Shown one piece after another: positions 15,201-23,936 of a DNA stretch of 32,000 nucleotides. The notes under the pieces are model-generated. The model ran no database searches and was not told where the DNA came from. It saw only the letters and a program-made list of their open reading frames with translations. This stretch comes from Nostoc parmelioides FACHB-3921 (lineage in GTDB: Bacteria; Cyanobacteriota; Cyanobacteriia; Cyanobacteriales; Nostocaceae). Where the stretch lies: NCBI RefSeq assembly GCF_014696625.1, contig NZ_JACJQL010000033.1, positions 1-32,000 on the forward strand. The letters run 5' to 3'. Within the stretch, counting starts at the first letter, position 1. Each line of letters opens with the position of its first letter. A program made the translations under genes and the position numbers.

Positions 15201-17157
15201 CCGGCAAATCATTACATTCCAGTAAATAATGGATGTAATCTACCCGCAGCGATAAAATAACTTTCACTGAAAGAACGTGCAGACATTCCCCCAGAAACTC
15301 AAAAAACTGCTTTCGTTGTCCTAGTTCGGGGTAAACGAAGAAAAATTCCTCAAATTGGTCAAACACTAACACTGTGCGGAGGTTGCGTTGTTCATTTTCA
15401 CGCAACTGGGCGATGAGGAACGAGGAGACAATAGGTTCTGAACTCGAACGTTGGGTTTCTCCTTCTCCTTTTCCCCCATCCTTTATCAAAATGCGCGCCA
15501 ACTCTTGCAGCCAGTTGGTGTAAACACGCATAACGACGACTAAATTATCTTGCACACCAATGGCTTTTTTCTTTAAAGCGGGAACTAAACCTGCATTAAT
15601 GAGGGAACTTTTACCCACACCCGATTGCCCATGAATGACTATCAATTTATAATCAGGGCGACCGACGCGTTCTATTAAACGTTCTACATCTAATTGACGA
15701 CCAGATGCAGCAATTTCTAAGGCAATATTATCTTGTAGAGAAGTTGTAGGTAAGGTTTCTAAATGTGTTTGCTTACGTGCTTCTAATCTTCCTGCGCCAA
15801 TAAAAGCCCGCAAGCCAAATTGTTGTTCAATGGAAAGTAATTGCTGTTTAATTTCATAGGCTGCAAGATATTTTTTTTGAGTGAAATAAACATTATGTAA
15901 ATAACTGAGAATATGCAGATAAAGCCTGACATCTTCTTGAGGATTTAACTTATTTATAGCATCTTCTAAGTTAGCGATCGCCTGGGGAATTTGCCCTAAA
16001 TTATATTGAGAGCAACCCTGAATAAATCTATATAAGCTTAATTCTGGTGCTGAGAGTGGATTATCTGATTTATCGGCTGATATAAAATCTAATGCTTGGT
16101 TAATTAATTGATTTGCCTGTCGCCAATTTTTTTCGGCTAAAGCCACATCTGCTAAACAAGCATAATTCCTAGCAATTTCTCTATTATTATTATCTGCTTG
16201 ATGAATGATTAAAGCTTTTTGAGATAGCTTTTCCAACTGTTCCCAATCGTTAAGATTACGTAAGATTATAGCTAACTTATAAAGAGATTTAGCAATTAAA
16301 TCTGCGCGTTGAATCTGGTTAATAAAATCGATATATGCTTGAGTATAACGCCTCGTATTATGCCAAGATATATGATTAATATCTTGATATTTATAACTTT
16401 GAATATAATAACAAAAAGCAATCTCTAAAAGAATAAATTCTTGAGGTTTAATTAAATCAAGCTTTTGCCATAAATCACCAGCCCGATGATAATATAACAA
16501 CGCATCTGTAACTTTATTGATATTCTTGTTAATCAAGCCCAGCAATGATAATAAATTAGCCGCTAATTCTATATTATCTATCTGTCCATCTATAAACAAA
16601 TCTCTTTGGGCTGCTAATAACTCAGTTTCTAGCTTGAGTGATTCATGAAAAGTCAGTTTAGTCTGATCACTCAAATATTGATGAGCCGTTTCAAGAATAA
16701 AATCAGTTAATTGTTGTCGGTCAATAGGGAAATTTTTCGTAACTGCCCAACTTTCTAAATCAGGTGCAACTTGAATTAATTGTTTATAGATTTCATCATC
16801 AATCCACAACACCAAAGGGAAATGAAAATGCTGGCGGAACTCCTCGCGCACTTGATTGGCTGAACTTAACATCACTGCTAAATCCTGCACTTTTTCCAAC
16901 CCGATAACCATCACACAACCAAGAATCTCTGCGCCAAATTCATCCCGAATGGCAGTATAGAGGGTTTTATCAGATTGCTGGACTTCCAAGACGCAAATTT
17001 CCGCTTGGCAAATTTCTTGTAATCTTTTGATTAAGCGATCGCGCAAGCTGGCATAATTACACCGTGCCAAAATCAACTTAAACTGCCCTACAGAAGCATC
17101 AATCGCCCAAGCTAATTGTTGCAGAGAGCGATCGTTATTCACTAAATCATTTGTCAT
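12262..17157 (-). CDS. Giant STAND-type protein: unassigned N-terminal domain, TPR-like helical repeats, nSTAND-like P-loop NTPase, TM helix, 14 WD40 repeats
   Basis: Walker A GQSGVGKSSLINAGLVP (DNA about 15608-15640), Walker B VLVFDQFEEFF, hydrophobic helix ALFSSVAVGIGIVVLTALAVQLA, then 14 units of GHxxxVxSVAYSPDGxQLASASxDKTIKIWD. Confidence 0.92.
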   Translation of the reverse strand: MTNDLVNNDRSLQQLAWAIDASVGQFKLILARCNYASLRDRLIKRLQEICQAEICVLEVQQSDKTLYTAIRDEFGAEILGCVMVIGLEKVQDLAVMLSSANQVREEFRQHFHFPLVLWIDDEIYKQLIQVAPDLESWAVTKNFPIDRQQLTDFILETAHQYLSDQTKLTFHESLKLETELLAAQRDLFIDGQIDNIELAANLLSLLGLINKNINKVTDALLYYHRAGDLWQKLDLIKPQEFILLEIAFCYYIQSYKYQDINHISWHNTRRYTQAYIDFINQIQRADLIAKSLYKLAIILRNLNDWEQLEKLSQKALIIHQADNNNREIARNYACLADVALAEKNWRQANQLINQALDFISADKSDNPLSAPELSLYRFIQGCSQYNLGQIPQAIANLEDAINKLNPQEDVRLYLHILSYLHNVYFTQKKYLAAYEIKQQLLSIEQQFGLRAFIGAGRLEARKQTHLETLPTTSLQDNIALEIAASGRQLDVERLIERVGRPDYKLIVIHGQSGVGKSSLINAGLVPALKKKAIGVQDNLVVVMRVYTNWLQELARILIKDGGKGEGETQRSSSEPIVSSFLIAQLRENEQRNLRTVLVFDQFEEFFFVYPELGQRKQFFEFLGECLHVLSVKVILSLRVDYIHYLLECNDLPEFQIIGNDILSNNVLYKLGNFSPNDTKSIIQRLTANTSFNLEPDLIDALVEDLAGELGEVRPIELQIVGAQLQTENITTLEKYRRFGTKQDLVQHYLNEVIHDCGEENQQLAEFLLYSLTDERGTRPLKTRGELERDFQQYFSAYDVESAQISPIPRQKQGKITPKSSQQPVRNEQILTLQQFDLVLDIFVKSGLVVLLPEKPTDRYQLVHDYLAAFIRQQQQQKLKQVIAELDKEREQRKLSEAKLYRFLQRALFSSVAVGIGIVVLTALAVQLANEAKKQTQNAEISAGINEINALNNSSEAFFVSKQYPDALIEALKAANKLKGTPWEREKSSATIQTAATLQRAIYLQPNEYKENRATEVNTLAGHENWVSSVAFAPQKRQLASGSGDKTVKIWDINNGQLLKTLSGHNDSVISIAHSPDGQQLASGSGDKTIKIWDISSGKSLKTLFGHRDSVISIAYSPDGQQLASASDDKTVKIWDINIGKSLKTLSGHNHAVRSVTYSPDGKQLASASRDKTVKIWDINSGQLLKTLSGHSDGVISIAYSPDGKHLASASSDKTIKIWDISNGQLLKTLSSHDQPVYSIAYSPNGQQLVSVSGDKTIKIWDVGSGQLLKTLSGHSNSVYSIAYSPDGKQLASASGDKTIKIWDISIGKPLKILYGHNDSVISIAYSPREKQLASGSGDNIIKIWDISTGQTLKTLSGHSDWVRSITYSPDGKQLASASSDKTIKIWDVSTGQPLKTLLGHQDRVISVAYSPDGQQLASASGDTTIKIWDVNSGQLLKTLFGHSSWVRSVTYSPDGKQLASASDDKTIKIWDVNNGKLLKTLSGHQNSVKSVVYSPDGKQLAAASDNIKIWDVSRGTPLKTLSGHSNWVRSVAYSPDGQQLASASRDNTIKIWDVNSGQVLKTLTGHSDWVRSIIYSPDGKQLATAGGDKTIIFWDLYFDNLLHSGCNLLNNYLIAHPQVLEELPSCQTPGR
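12340..14100 (-). repeat. 14 tandem 126-bp (42-aa) WD40 units with high DNA-level identity
   Basis: Aligned by eye from the translation. Unit 12 is one codon short (AAASDN-IKIWD). Confidence 0.9.
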
Positions 17158-17164
17158 TTGTTAT

Positions 17165-17262
17165 TTGTTGTTGGTCAATAGTCAATAGTTAATAGTTCAT
17201 AGTTATTCTTCTTTACTCCCCCTGCTCCCCCTGCTCGCCTGCCCCCTGCTCCCCCTGCTCCC
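17165..17262. repeat. Intercistronic repeat block: TCAATAG-type heptamers, then CCCCCTGCT units (G5 runs on the sense strand)
   Basis: ttggtcaatagtcaatagttaatagttcatagtt ... ctccccctgctccccctgctcgcctgccccctgctccccctgctccc. Confidence 0.85.
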
Positions 17263-18615
17263 TCATCCCCCCATCTCCTTTGCGCCAATCAAAATGGGAT
17301 TGACATCAAACCAAGACTCGCCGCCATCTCGATATTCAAAGACAAAACGACTACGGATGAGTTTTTGGTAGCCGTGGTCATCGCTAACTTTTTTCTTCTG
17401 TTGGACATGGCGTAATAATTGCCATTCTTCTTCGGAAATTGGCAAAATCATTTCGTTGCGACGGGAACGAATAACTTGTTCTAAAGTATTGCGGGTGAGG
17501 GGAAGCGCCATTTCTTCCATAATCCAGCTATTCAGGAGCCGCAGCAAGTCACGCACATGACCACCACTCAAGATACATAAACGCTTTAAGGTGTCAGCAC
17601 TATCAAAAATCTCAGAAATTTTGTCTAGGCGTTGTTCTGGTTGCAAGTCAGGAAAGGCTCTGGCTAATACCATCTGTTGCATCAGCTCCATTCCTTGCTC
17701 ATGCACCCTACCATCAGGCCAATGTAAGGGAACCATAGGTAATACTTTGGGGTCTTCGGGAAAGCGCTGAGTCAGCATTCCGTAATCGTTGGAAAACTTG
17801 AGAGACAGGGGCATGGTGTAGACTAGATGACAATTTAACTTGGTGAGATATTCACCTTGGTCTACAAATAAATATTCCTGCTGGGGTCGTCCCCAAGACT
17901 TAGGACGGTTATCTATGCGGTCGAGGTTATCGACAATGACAACTAGACCATTTTTACCTTGTTGTTTGAGTTTAGCGATCGCCGGCTGCAATAATTCTTG
18001 ATTAATCGCTTCCAACAGCTTGATTTTTTGCGGTGCGAGATATTGATTGATTTTCTCTCGTAGTGTGGGGTCACTTTTAATTTTGGTGGTGATTTCACCA
18101 ATACCTACAGATAGAGATAACTTTTCTTGCTCTACACTGACACCGACATCACCCACTACGGGAACTTTGGTTTTAATCCCCGTCACCTCAGAGTTTAAAA
18201 CCTTCCATGCACCTAGTAGCAAATCATTAAATTTGTGAGTCTCCCCCAGAGTGATTTTATCCAAACTTTGGCTCACACGCCGAGCGATCGCCAACAACAC
18301 ATCGGCTATATCAACATCGGTCATTTCTAAGTCATCACTAGACTCAAAATAAACTACATGAAAGCCTAACTTTTCTAATTCTGCTTGTAAGCGGATGAGT
18401 TCCGTCGATTTACCACAACCAATATGTCCTGTAAATAAAGTGCAGGTAGGTTCATCTGGCTTAAAAAAAGTAATCTTTTGTTTGAGCTTACCGATAATAT
18501 CGCCGCCACGCACCGAAGAAAAGTCAATGTAGTATTTTTTATCTGTGTCCTGATTGAGAAATAGAGTCCGACTAGGGTCTGTAGCCTGAAAAAATCCCCG
18601 TAAATCTATAGCCAT
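17263..18615 (-). CDS. P-loop NTPase of unassigned family (450 aa)
   Basis: Walker A TGHIGCGKSTEL (DNA about 18404-18430) and Walker B-like LVVIVDNLDRI. I recognise no other domain. Confidence 0.85.
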   Translation of the reverse strand: MAIDLRGFFQATDPSRTLFLNQDTDKKYYIDFSSVRGGDIIGKLKQKITFFKPDEPTCTLFTGHIGCGKSTELIRLQAELEKLGFHVVYFESSDDLEMTDVDIADVLLAIARRVSQSLDKITLGETHKFNDLLLGAWKVLNSEVTGIKTKVPVVGDVGVSVEQEKLSLSVGIGEITTKIKSDPTLREKINQYLAPQKIKLLEAINQELLQPAIAKLKQQGKNGLVVIVDNLDRIDNRPKSWGRPQQEYLFVDQGEYLTKLNCHLVYTMPLSLKFSNDYGMLTQRFPEDPKVLPMVPLHWPDGRVHEQGMELMQQMVLARAFPDLQPEQRLDKISEIFDSADTLKRLCILSGGHVRDLLRLLNSWIMEEMALPLTRNTLEQVIRSRRNEMILPISEEEWQLLRHVQQKKKVSDDHGYQKLIRSRFVFEYRDGGESWFDVNPILIGAKEMGG

Positions 18616-18803
18616 AAGTTTAGTAATCTAGTTCTCTTGGCAACCCTGTATAACAGTGATTACCAAGATAAGAGTACTAATAGGAATTCGTAATTCGTAG
18701 TAATCCGTAAAATTAGCGCAAAAAGCTAAAACCTTGATTTACGGGAAAAACCAAGGTTAGGGTATGGGTGTTAAATTTTGGTAGGTGCGTTATGGTTTCA
18801 TGT

Positions 18804-19538
18804 TTAAGCTACTAACCCAGAACGTAAAGCACGTACAGCCGCTTGGGTACGGTCATCAGCGCAAAGTTTATTCAGGATGTTGCGGACGTGGGTTTTAACT
18901 GTACCAACAGTAATATAAAGTTTTTCCGCAATTTGACCATTACTACAGCCAGCAACAATCAACTCTAGAATTTCTAATTCCCGTTGTGTAAGGGGGTAAG
19001 TTTCTAATACTTGTTCATATTCCGAAGGTAGAGCCTCAATTTTGACGGTTTTGGGCTTATCAGATGATTGACTTTCTCCGGGGATGCCTTGGCGCATCTT
19101 CTGTAATACTACATTAGCGATCGCTGGATCAATCCATGAGTTGCCGCCAAAAGTCGCTTGAATTGCTTCTGTCAGCCTACTAATGCTGGTTTCTTTCATG
19201 TAGTAAGAGTCTGCCCCAGCTGCAAAAGCCGCCAGTACTGCATCTTCGGTATGATCCATTGTCAGAATGAGAATCTTGGTGTGGGTTTGCCCACTCTCAG
19301 CTTGATAACGCCTAAACTTGCGAGTGAGTTCAATGCCATCCATGTCCGGCAAGCCAATATCTACCACCGCTACATCCGGCTTCGCCGTTTCCAAAAGTTT
19401 CAGTCCTTGAGTAGCATTAGCCGCTTCACCAATTACTTTGATGCCAGTGTTGGCCTGTAATGCAGCTCTTAGCCCCATTCTGGTTAGGTCATGATCTTCA
19501 ATTAAAATAATGCTGATTTCATTCATCGTTACACTCAC
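18804..19538 (-). CDS. NarL/FixJ-family response regulator (REC plus LuxR-type HTH)
   Basis: ILIEDHDL ... VVDIGLPDMDG receiver motifs. The C-terminal LTQRELEILELIVAGCSNGQIAEKLYITVGTVKTHVRNIL is a LuxR HTH. Confidence 0.92.
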   Translation of the reverse strand: MSVTMNEISIILIEDHDLTRMGLRAALQANTGIKVIGEAANATQGLKLLETAKPDVAVVDIGLPDMDGIELTRKFRRYQAESGQTHTKILILTMDHTEDAVLAAFAAGADSYYMKETSISRLTEAIQATFGGNSWIDPAIANVVLQKMRQGIPGESQSSDKPKTVKIEALPSEYEQVLETYPLTQRELEILELIVAGCSNGQIAEKLYITVGTVKTHVRNILNKLCADDRTQAAVRALRSGLVA

Positions 19539-19901
19539 TCTTGTCTAATTGCCTCTTGCAAACTAAGTTGTTTTTTCAATCACTTCTTTTATTTTCCCAA
19601 ACCAAAGATAGATGATATCTTGATGGGTCTGCATCCACCGATAGAAATAATAAATCTATTTTTTTTGGGTTTAGATAGAGATAAAAATCTGGCTAGAGAT
19701 ATATCGCTATTTTACAAGAAAATATAGAATACTGTGACAACCTATTGATTTTGACACAGGGAAAATAATTTCTGGTGAGTAATACTTTAAATTTAATTTC
19801 AGCTTATGACAAAGTATTGTCAACAATATAAAAATTAGGTAGAAAATATTAATATATGGATAATTTGGATCAGGAATATAAATACAAAGTCTGATTACTC
19901 A

Positions 19902-19932
19902 GATCCCCGACTTCTTCAAAAAGTCGGGGATC
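19902..19932. repeat. Palindromic mini-repeat GATCCCCGACT-N9-AGTCGGGGATC; possible terminator for the RHH gene
   Basis: Perfect 11-bp stem, read directly. It is followed on the + strand by ttgttt. From memory, this type of sequence recurs in Nostoc genomes. Confidence 0.55.
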
Positions 19933-19983
19933 TTGTTTAGAATTTTTATGAAGGTTAATCAATAGCACTCAATAAGCTAACAA

Positions 19984-20133
19984 TTACTCACTTTTACTAA
20001 CTTTCTTTGACAGACCCCGAATAAACTCACGCAGTACATCGGTTTTAGTCCTTGACACTTGCTCACAGTATGACTCTAGTAAGTCCAGTTCTTTCTGCGG
20101 AATCCTTATTGTTAGCTTTCTTTCGTCTTTCAT
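19984..20133 (-). CDS. 49-aa ribbon-helix-helix (CopG/Arc-like) DNA-binding protein, divergent from tnpB
   Basis: My own translation gives MKDERKLTIRIPQKELDLLESYCEQVSRTKTDVLREFIRGLSKKVSKSE*. The beta-strand KLTIRIP followed by two helices is the RHH pattern. It falls below the ORF-track size cut-off. Confidence 0.5.
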   Translation of the reverse strand: MKDERKLTIRIPQKELDLLESYCEQVSRTKTDVLREFIRGLSKKVSKSE

Positions 20134-20158
20134 TGTCTGCTAATATGCTGTACAATGT

Positions 20159-21382
20159 ATGCTACTAGGATTTAAGACAGAACTCAAGCTCAATAATAAG
20201 CAGCGCACTCAGTTGTCAAGGCACTGTGGCGTTGCAAGACACGCTTGGAACTGGGGACTGTCTTTAACTAAGCAGATACTTGACCACAACAAAATCAACC
20301 CAGAAGAGAAAATTAAATTTCCTTCAGCAATTGACCTGCATAAGTGGTTGGTAGCGATGGTAAAGCCTGAGCATCCCTGGTATTTTTATGTGTCAAAGTG
20401 CGCACCTCAATATGCCTTGCGTGACTTGCGAACAGCGTGGGATAGGTGTTTCAAGAAAGTGTCGGGTGTTCCTAAGTTTAAAAAGAAAGGGAAATTTGAC
20501 TCATTCGAGTTGGATGGAACCATTAAAATTCGTGGAACACGCAAAATCCAACTTCCCCGACTAGGTGCATTAAAAACCTATGAAGATTTGCCCCAGGTTC
20601 AACCCAAGTCAGTCACCATCAGCCGTACTGCTGACCGTTGGTACATTTCCTTTCGGATTGAGGTAGAGCCAAGGGACACGCCCAAAACAATTGATGTTGT
20701 AGGCGTTGACCTTGGCGTTAAATCCCTCGCCACACTTTCCACTGGTGAAGTGCTTGAAGGTGCAAAATCCTACCGCAAACTAGAGGCGAAACTATCTAGA
20801 CTCCAGTGGTTGAATCGTCACAAGCAACGCGGTTCAGCCAACTGGAGAAAAGCGCAAATCAAAATTGCAAAGCTGCATCAACGCATAGCCAACATCCGCA
20901 AAGACACATTACACAAACTTACTACCTATCTAGCCAAGAACCACGGCGTGATAGTGATTGAGGATTTAAACGTGTCTGGGATGATGGCGAACAGGAAGTT
21001 AGCTAAGGCAATAGCTGATATGGGCTTCTATGAGTTCCGTCGTCAGCTAGAGTACAAAACTCAGCTTTACGGTAGTGAGCTAGTAGTTGTAGACAGGTTC
21101 TACCCCAGTAGTAAAACCTGCTCCAATTGCGGAACAAAGAAAGAATCTCTATTACTATCAGAACGTGTTTTCAAATGCGAAAACTGCGGTTTTGAGTGTG
21201 ATAGAGACTTGAACGCCGCAATTAATTTGAGCCACTGCGTTGCTTTGGTTCCCAAAGTTGTAGCAAGTGGCGTGTCTAAGGCGGTGAGTCACGCCGTGCC
21301 AGCTTGTGGAGTGGATAACGCCGACGTTGCCACAGTGAAGCAAGAAGATTTCAGTTTGTTAGCAAACGTTAGTAAATTATGA
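20159..21382 (+). mobile_element. tnpB: IS200/IS605-family (IS1341-type) TnpB, an RNA-guided RuvC nuclease; no tnpA is present
   Basis: N-terminal GFKTELKLNNKQRTQL, RuvC D (VGVDLGV), E (VIVIEDLNV) and D (CDRDLNAAINL), zinc finger CSNCG...CENCG, and a typical tail ...ACG...VKQE. Confidence 0.92.
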
Positions 21383-21400
21383 ACGGATGTTTGTATGATA
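21230..21400 (+). ncRNA. Expected position of the TnpB omega (right-end) RNA scaffold; boundaries not determined
   Basis: Placed only by analogy with characterised TnpB loci, where the guide RNA overlaps the tnpB 3' end. A small hairpin gtttg-ttag-caaac lies at 21354-21367. Confidence 0.25.
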
Positions 21401-22921
21401 ACTACAAGCAATCAAACAACTCCAGAGAGCGATCGCCACTCTGAAAATATAGCAAAAATGGCCCCTGTTGGCATATTTCATGCAGACTTAGCGGGTAATT
21501 GTCTTTATGTCAACGAGCGTTGGTGTGAAATGTCTGGTCTTTCTCCAAAACAATCATTGGGTCGAGGTTGGCAGGTAGCTATTCATCCAGATGATTTGAA
21601 ACTATTACAGGCGCAAGCCCGGTTTATTTTGTCACAGCAGAAGTCATATAAAGCTGAGTTGCGCTTGCAAGACCCTCAAGGCAAAATTACTTGGGTATTA
21701 TCAGAAGCAGTAGCAGAAATTGACGAAAATGTTCGCATAGTCGGTTATATCGGCACAGTAGTCGATATTAGTGAACGTCACCAGATAGAAGAAGCATTGC
21801 GTGAAAGTGAAGAACGATTCGCAATGATGGCGAATAATGCACCTGTGATGATTTGGATGTCAGGATTAGACAAACTCTGCAATTTTTTTAATCAAGGCTG
21901 GCTAGACTTCACAGGACGCACAATGACAGAAGAATTAGGTAATGGTTGGGTAGAAAGCGTGCATCCAGAAGACCGAGAATGTTGTATTCACACATATACT
22001 GCGGCCTTCGACCATCGAGAAATTTTCATGATGGAATATCGCCTCAAACGTTTTGATGGTCAATATCGCTGGATTTTCGATACGGGTACACCCAGATTTA
22101 ATTCAGATGGTAGTTTCGCTGGTTATATAGGTTCCTGTGTTGATATTAACCCCCGCAAGCAAGTAGAAATTACCCTCCAACAACGAACCAAACAACTGAC
22201 CCGCTTAAATACTATCCTGGCGAAAACCACCACGTTGTTGCAACAACGCAATCAAGAATTAGACCAGTTTGCTTATGTTGCATCCCATGATTTAAAAGCA
22301 CCTTTACGGGCGATCGCTAGTTTATCAGAATGGTTAGAAGAAGACCTCGCCGACCAACTTCCCGAAGAAAATCAACATCAGATGCAGTTGTTACGGGGTC
22401 GGGTGCGGCGCATGGAAGCCTTAATTGATGGTCTACTGGAATATTCGCGTATTGGCCGCGTCCACACAGAATTAACACAGGTCAATGTGGACTCATTACT
22501 CAGGGAAGTAATCGACTCGTTGCAACCACCAGCAAGCTTTCACATCGAAATCCAGCCAAAAATGCCTACTTTAGTCACAAAGAGAGTTCCCTTACAACAG
22601 GTGTTCGCTAACTTAATCGAAAATGCCATTGAACACCACACACGAATCGATGGTAGGGTGAAAATTTCGGTGCGAGATTTAGGGAAATACTACGAATTTA
22701 GTGTGGAAGATGATGGCCCTGGCATACCTGTAGAATATCAGGATAAAGTTTTTGTAATTTTTCAAACTCTTGAACCGCGCGATCGCAAAGAAAATACGGG
22801 GATTGGTTTGGCGATCGTCAAAAAAATTGTCGAAACGGAAGGGGGTTCCATTAATTTGAAGTCTGTCTTTGGGACTGGAAGCACATTTTGTTTTACTTGG
22901 CCTAAACGTTCTCTTGAGTAA
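21395..22921 (+). CDS. Soluble PAS-PAS sensor histidine kinase
   Basis: Two PAS/PAC regions (GIFHADLAGNCLYVNERW; MIWMSGLDKLCNFFNQGW), H-box ASHDLKAPLR, N box NLIENAIEH, G boxes DDGPGI and GIGLAIVKKI. Confidence 0.9.
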   Translation: MITTSNQTTPESDRHSENIAKMAPVGIFHADLAGNCLYVNERWCEMSGLSPKQSLGRGWQVAIHPDDLKLLQAQARFILSQQKSYKAELRLQDPQGKITWVLSEAVAEIDENVRIVGYIGTVVDISERHQIEEALRESEERFAMMANNAPVMIWMSGLDKLCNFFNQGWLDFTGRTMTEELGNGWVESVHPEDRECCIHTYTAAFDHREIFMMEYRLKRFDGQYRWIFDTGTPRFNSDGSFAGYIGSCVDINPRKQVEITLQQRTKQLTRLNTILAKTTTLLQQRNQELDQFAYVASHDLKAPLRAIASLSEWLEEDLADQLPEENQHQMQLLRGRVRRMEALIDGLLEYSRIGRVHTELTQVNVDSLLREVIDSLQPPASFHIEIQPKMPTLVTKRVPLQQVFANLIENAIEHHTRIDGRVKISVRDLGKYYEFSVEDDGPGIPVEYQDKVFVIFQTLEPRDRKENTGIGLAIVKKIVETEGGSINLKSVFGTGSTFCFTWPKRSLE

Positions 22922-23120
22922 AATAGCTCAAGCTTATGGTACACAATGATTTTCTCCAACTCTCACTAATGGGTGAGGACGTGCGTTCAGTCGCTCTTTT
23001 ACAATTGGGTTGAAGCTTAACTCAAGTATTTTATATTACTTAGTAAAAGCTTAGTCTGCGAAAGCACTCAGCATTTGTGTAGTAAGCTAATGCGCGCCTA
23101 AATTGCACAACTACTAATCA

Positions 23121-23164
23121 GGGCTGTTAACTGTTGACCGTTAACAGTCAACGGCCAACAGCCC
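23121..23164. repeat. Hairpin built from inverted STRR (CAACAGT-type) units
   Basis: gggctgtt...aacagccc forms the outer stem. An imperfect inner palindrome is centred on gttaac. Confidence 0.6.
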
Positions 23165-23216
23165 TCACTATGGATTATCCAACTTAAAGGCAGAACAGCT
23201 TACTAATTACTAATTC

Positions 23217-23708
23217 ATGAATAATTATTCACGAATTAGCGATCCTCCTATAAAAAGCATAGTTTCTATACAAAAAATGCAGGAAAGAGTGATTAACATA
23301 CTATTAGTGGAGGATGATGAAGTTGATGTTATGAATGTCAAACGAGCATTCCAAAAAGTTAATATCACTAATCCTATTTACTTAGCAGATAATGGCTTAG
23401 AGGCTTTAAAAATTTTGCGTGGTGATCATGCTCAAACGCCAAAGTTTACCAATGAGCGTCGTCTAATTCTGCTAGACTTAAATATGCCTAAAATGGGTGG
23501 TATTGAATTCTTGCAAAAATTAAGAGCCGACCCCCAACTACGACTAACTCCCGTAGTTGTGATGACGACATCAAACCAGGATAAAGACCGTGTAGAAGCT
23601 TACAACTTAAACGTTGCTGGTTATATCCTCAAGCCTGTAACATTCTCTAATTTTGTAGAAATAATAGCAGCACTCAATAAATATTGGGTATTCTGTGAAA
23701 TGCCTTAG
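23217..23708 (+). CDS. Single-domain CheY/Rcp1-like response regulator
   Basis: ILLVEDDEVD, ILLDLNMPKMGG and a conserved KP. The likely true start is the Met of MQERVINILL, near 23277. Confidence 0.88.
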   Translation: MNNYSRISDPPIKSIVSIQKMQERVINILLVEDDEVDVMNVKRAFQKVNITNPIYLADNGLEALKILRGDHAQTPKFTNERRLILLDLNMPKMGGIEFLQKLRADPQLRLTPVVVMTTSNQDKDRVEAYNLNVAGYILKPVTFSNFVEIIAALNKYWVFCEMP

Positions 23709-23936
23709 TCGGTCTGACTATAGTAGTTTTAACTTATATGAATTATCTCCTATTAGGTTGTTCTAAACAAAATGAGAAACACTGATTTTTATGTTTGATA
23801 TTGAGAATCAGACCTGCTCAATTCAAATATGAAAACTAACAAAGACTATATTCAAGAAAATCAAATTTTTAATTGAACAATTTAAAATCAGAAATGTTTG
23901 AAATCAACCTGTATTTGGCAGCAAATATAAAAACCG

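Noticed and set aside
18047-19460. Plus-strand ORFs 18047-18238 and 19158-19460
   Set aside because: They are antisense to the ATPase and response-regulator genes, which have clear motifs in the opposite frame.
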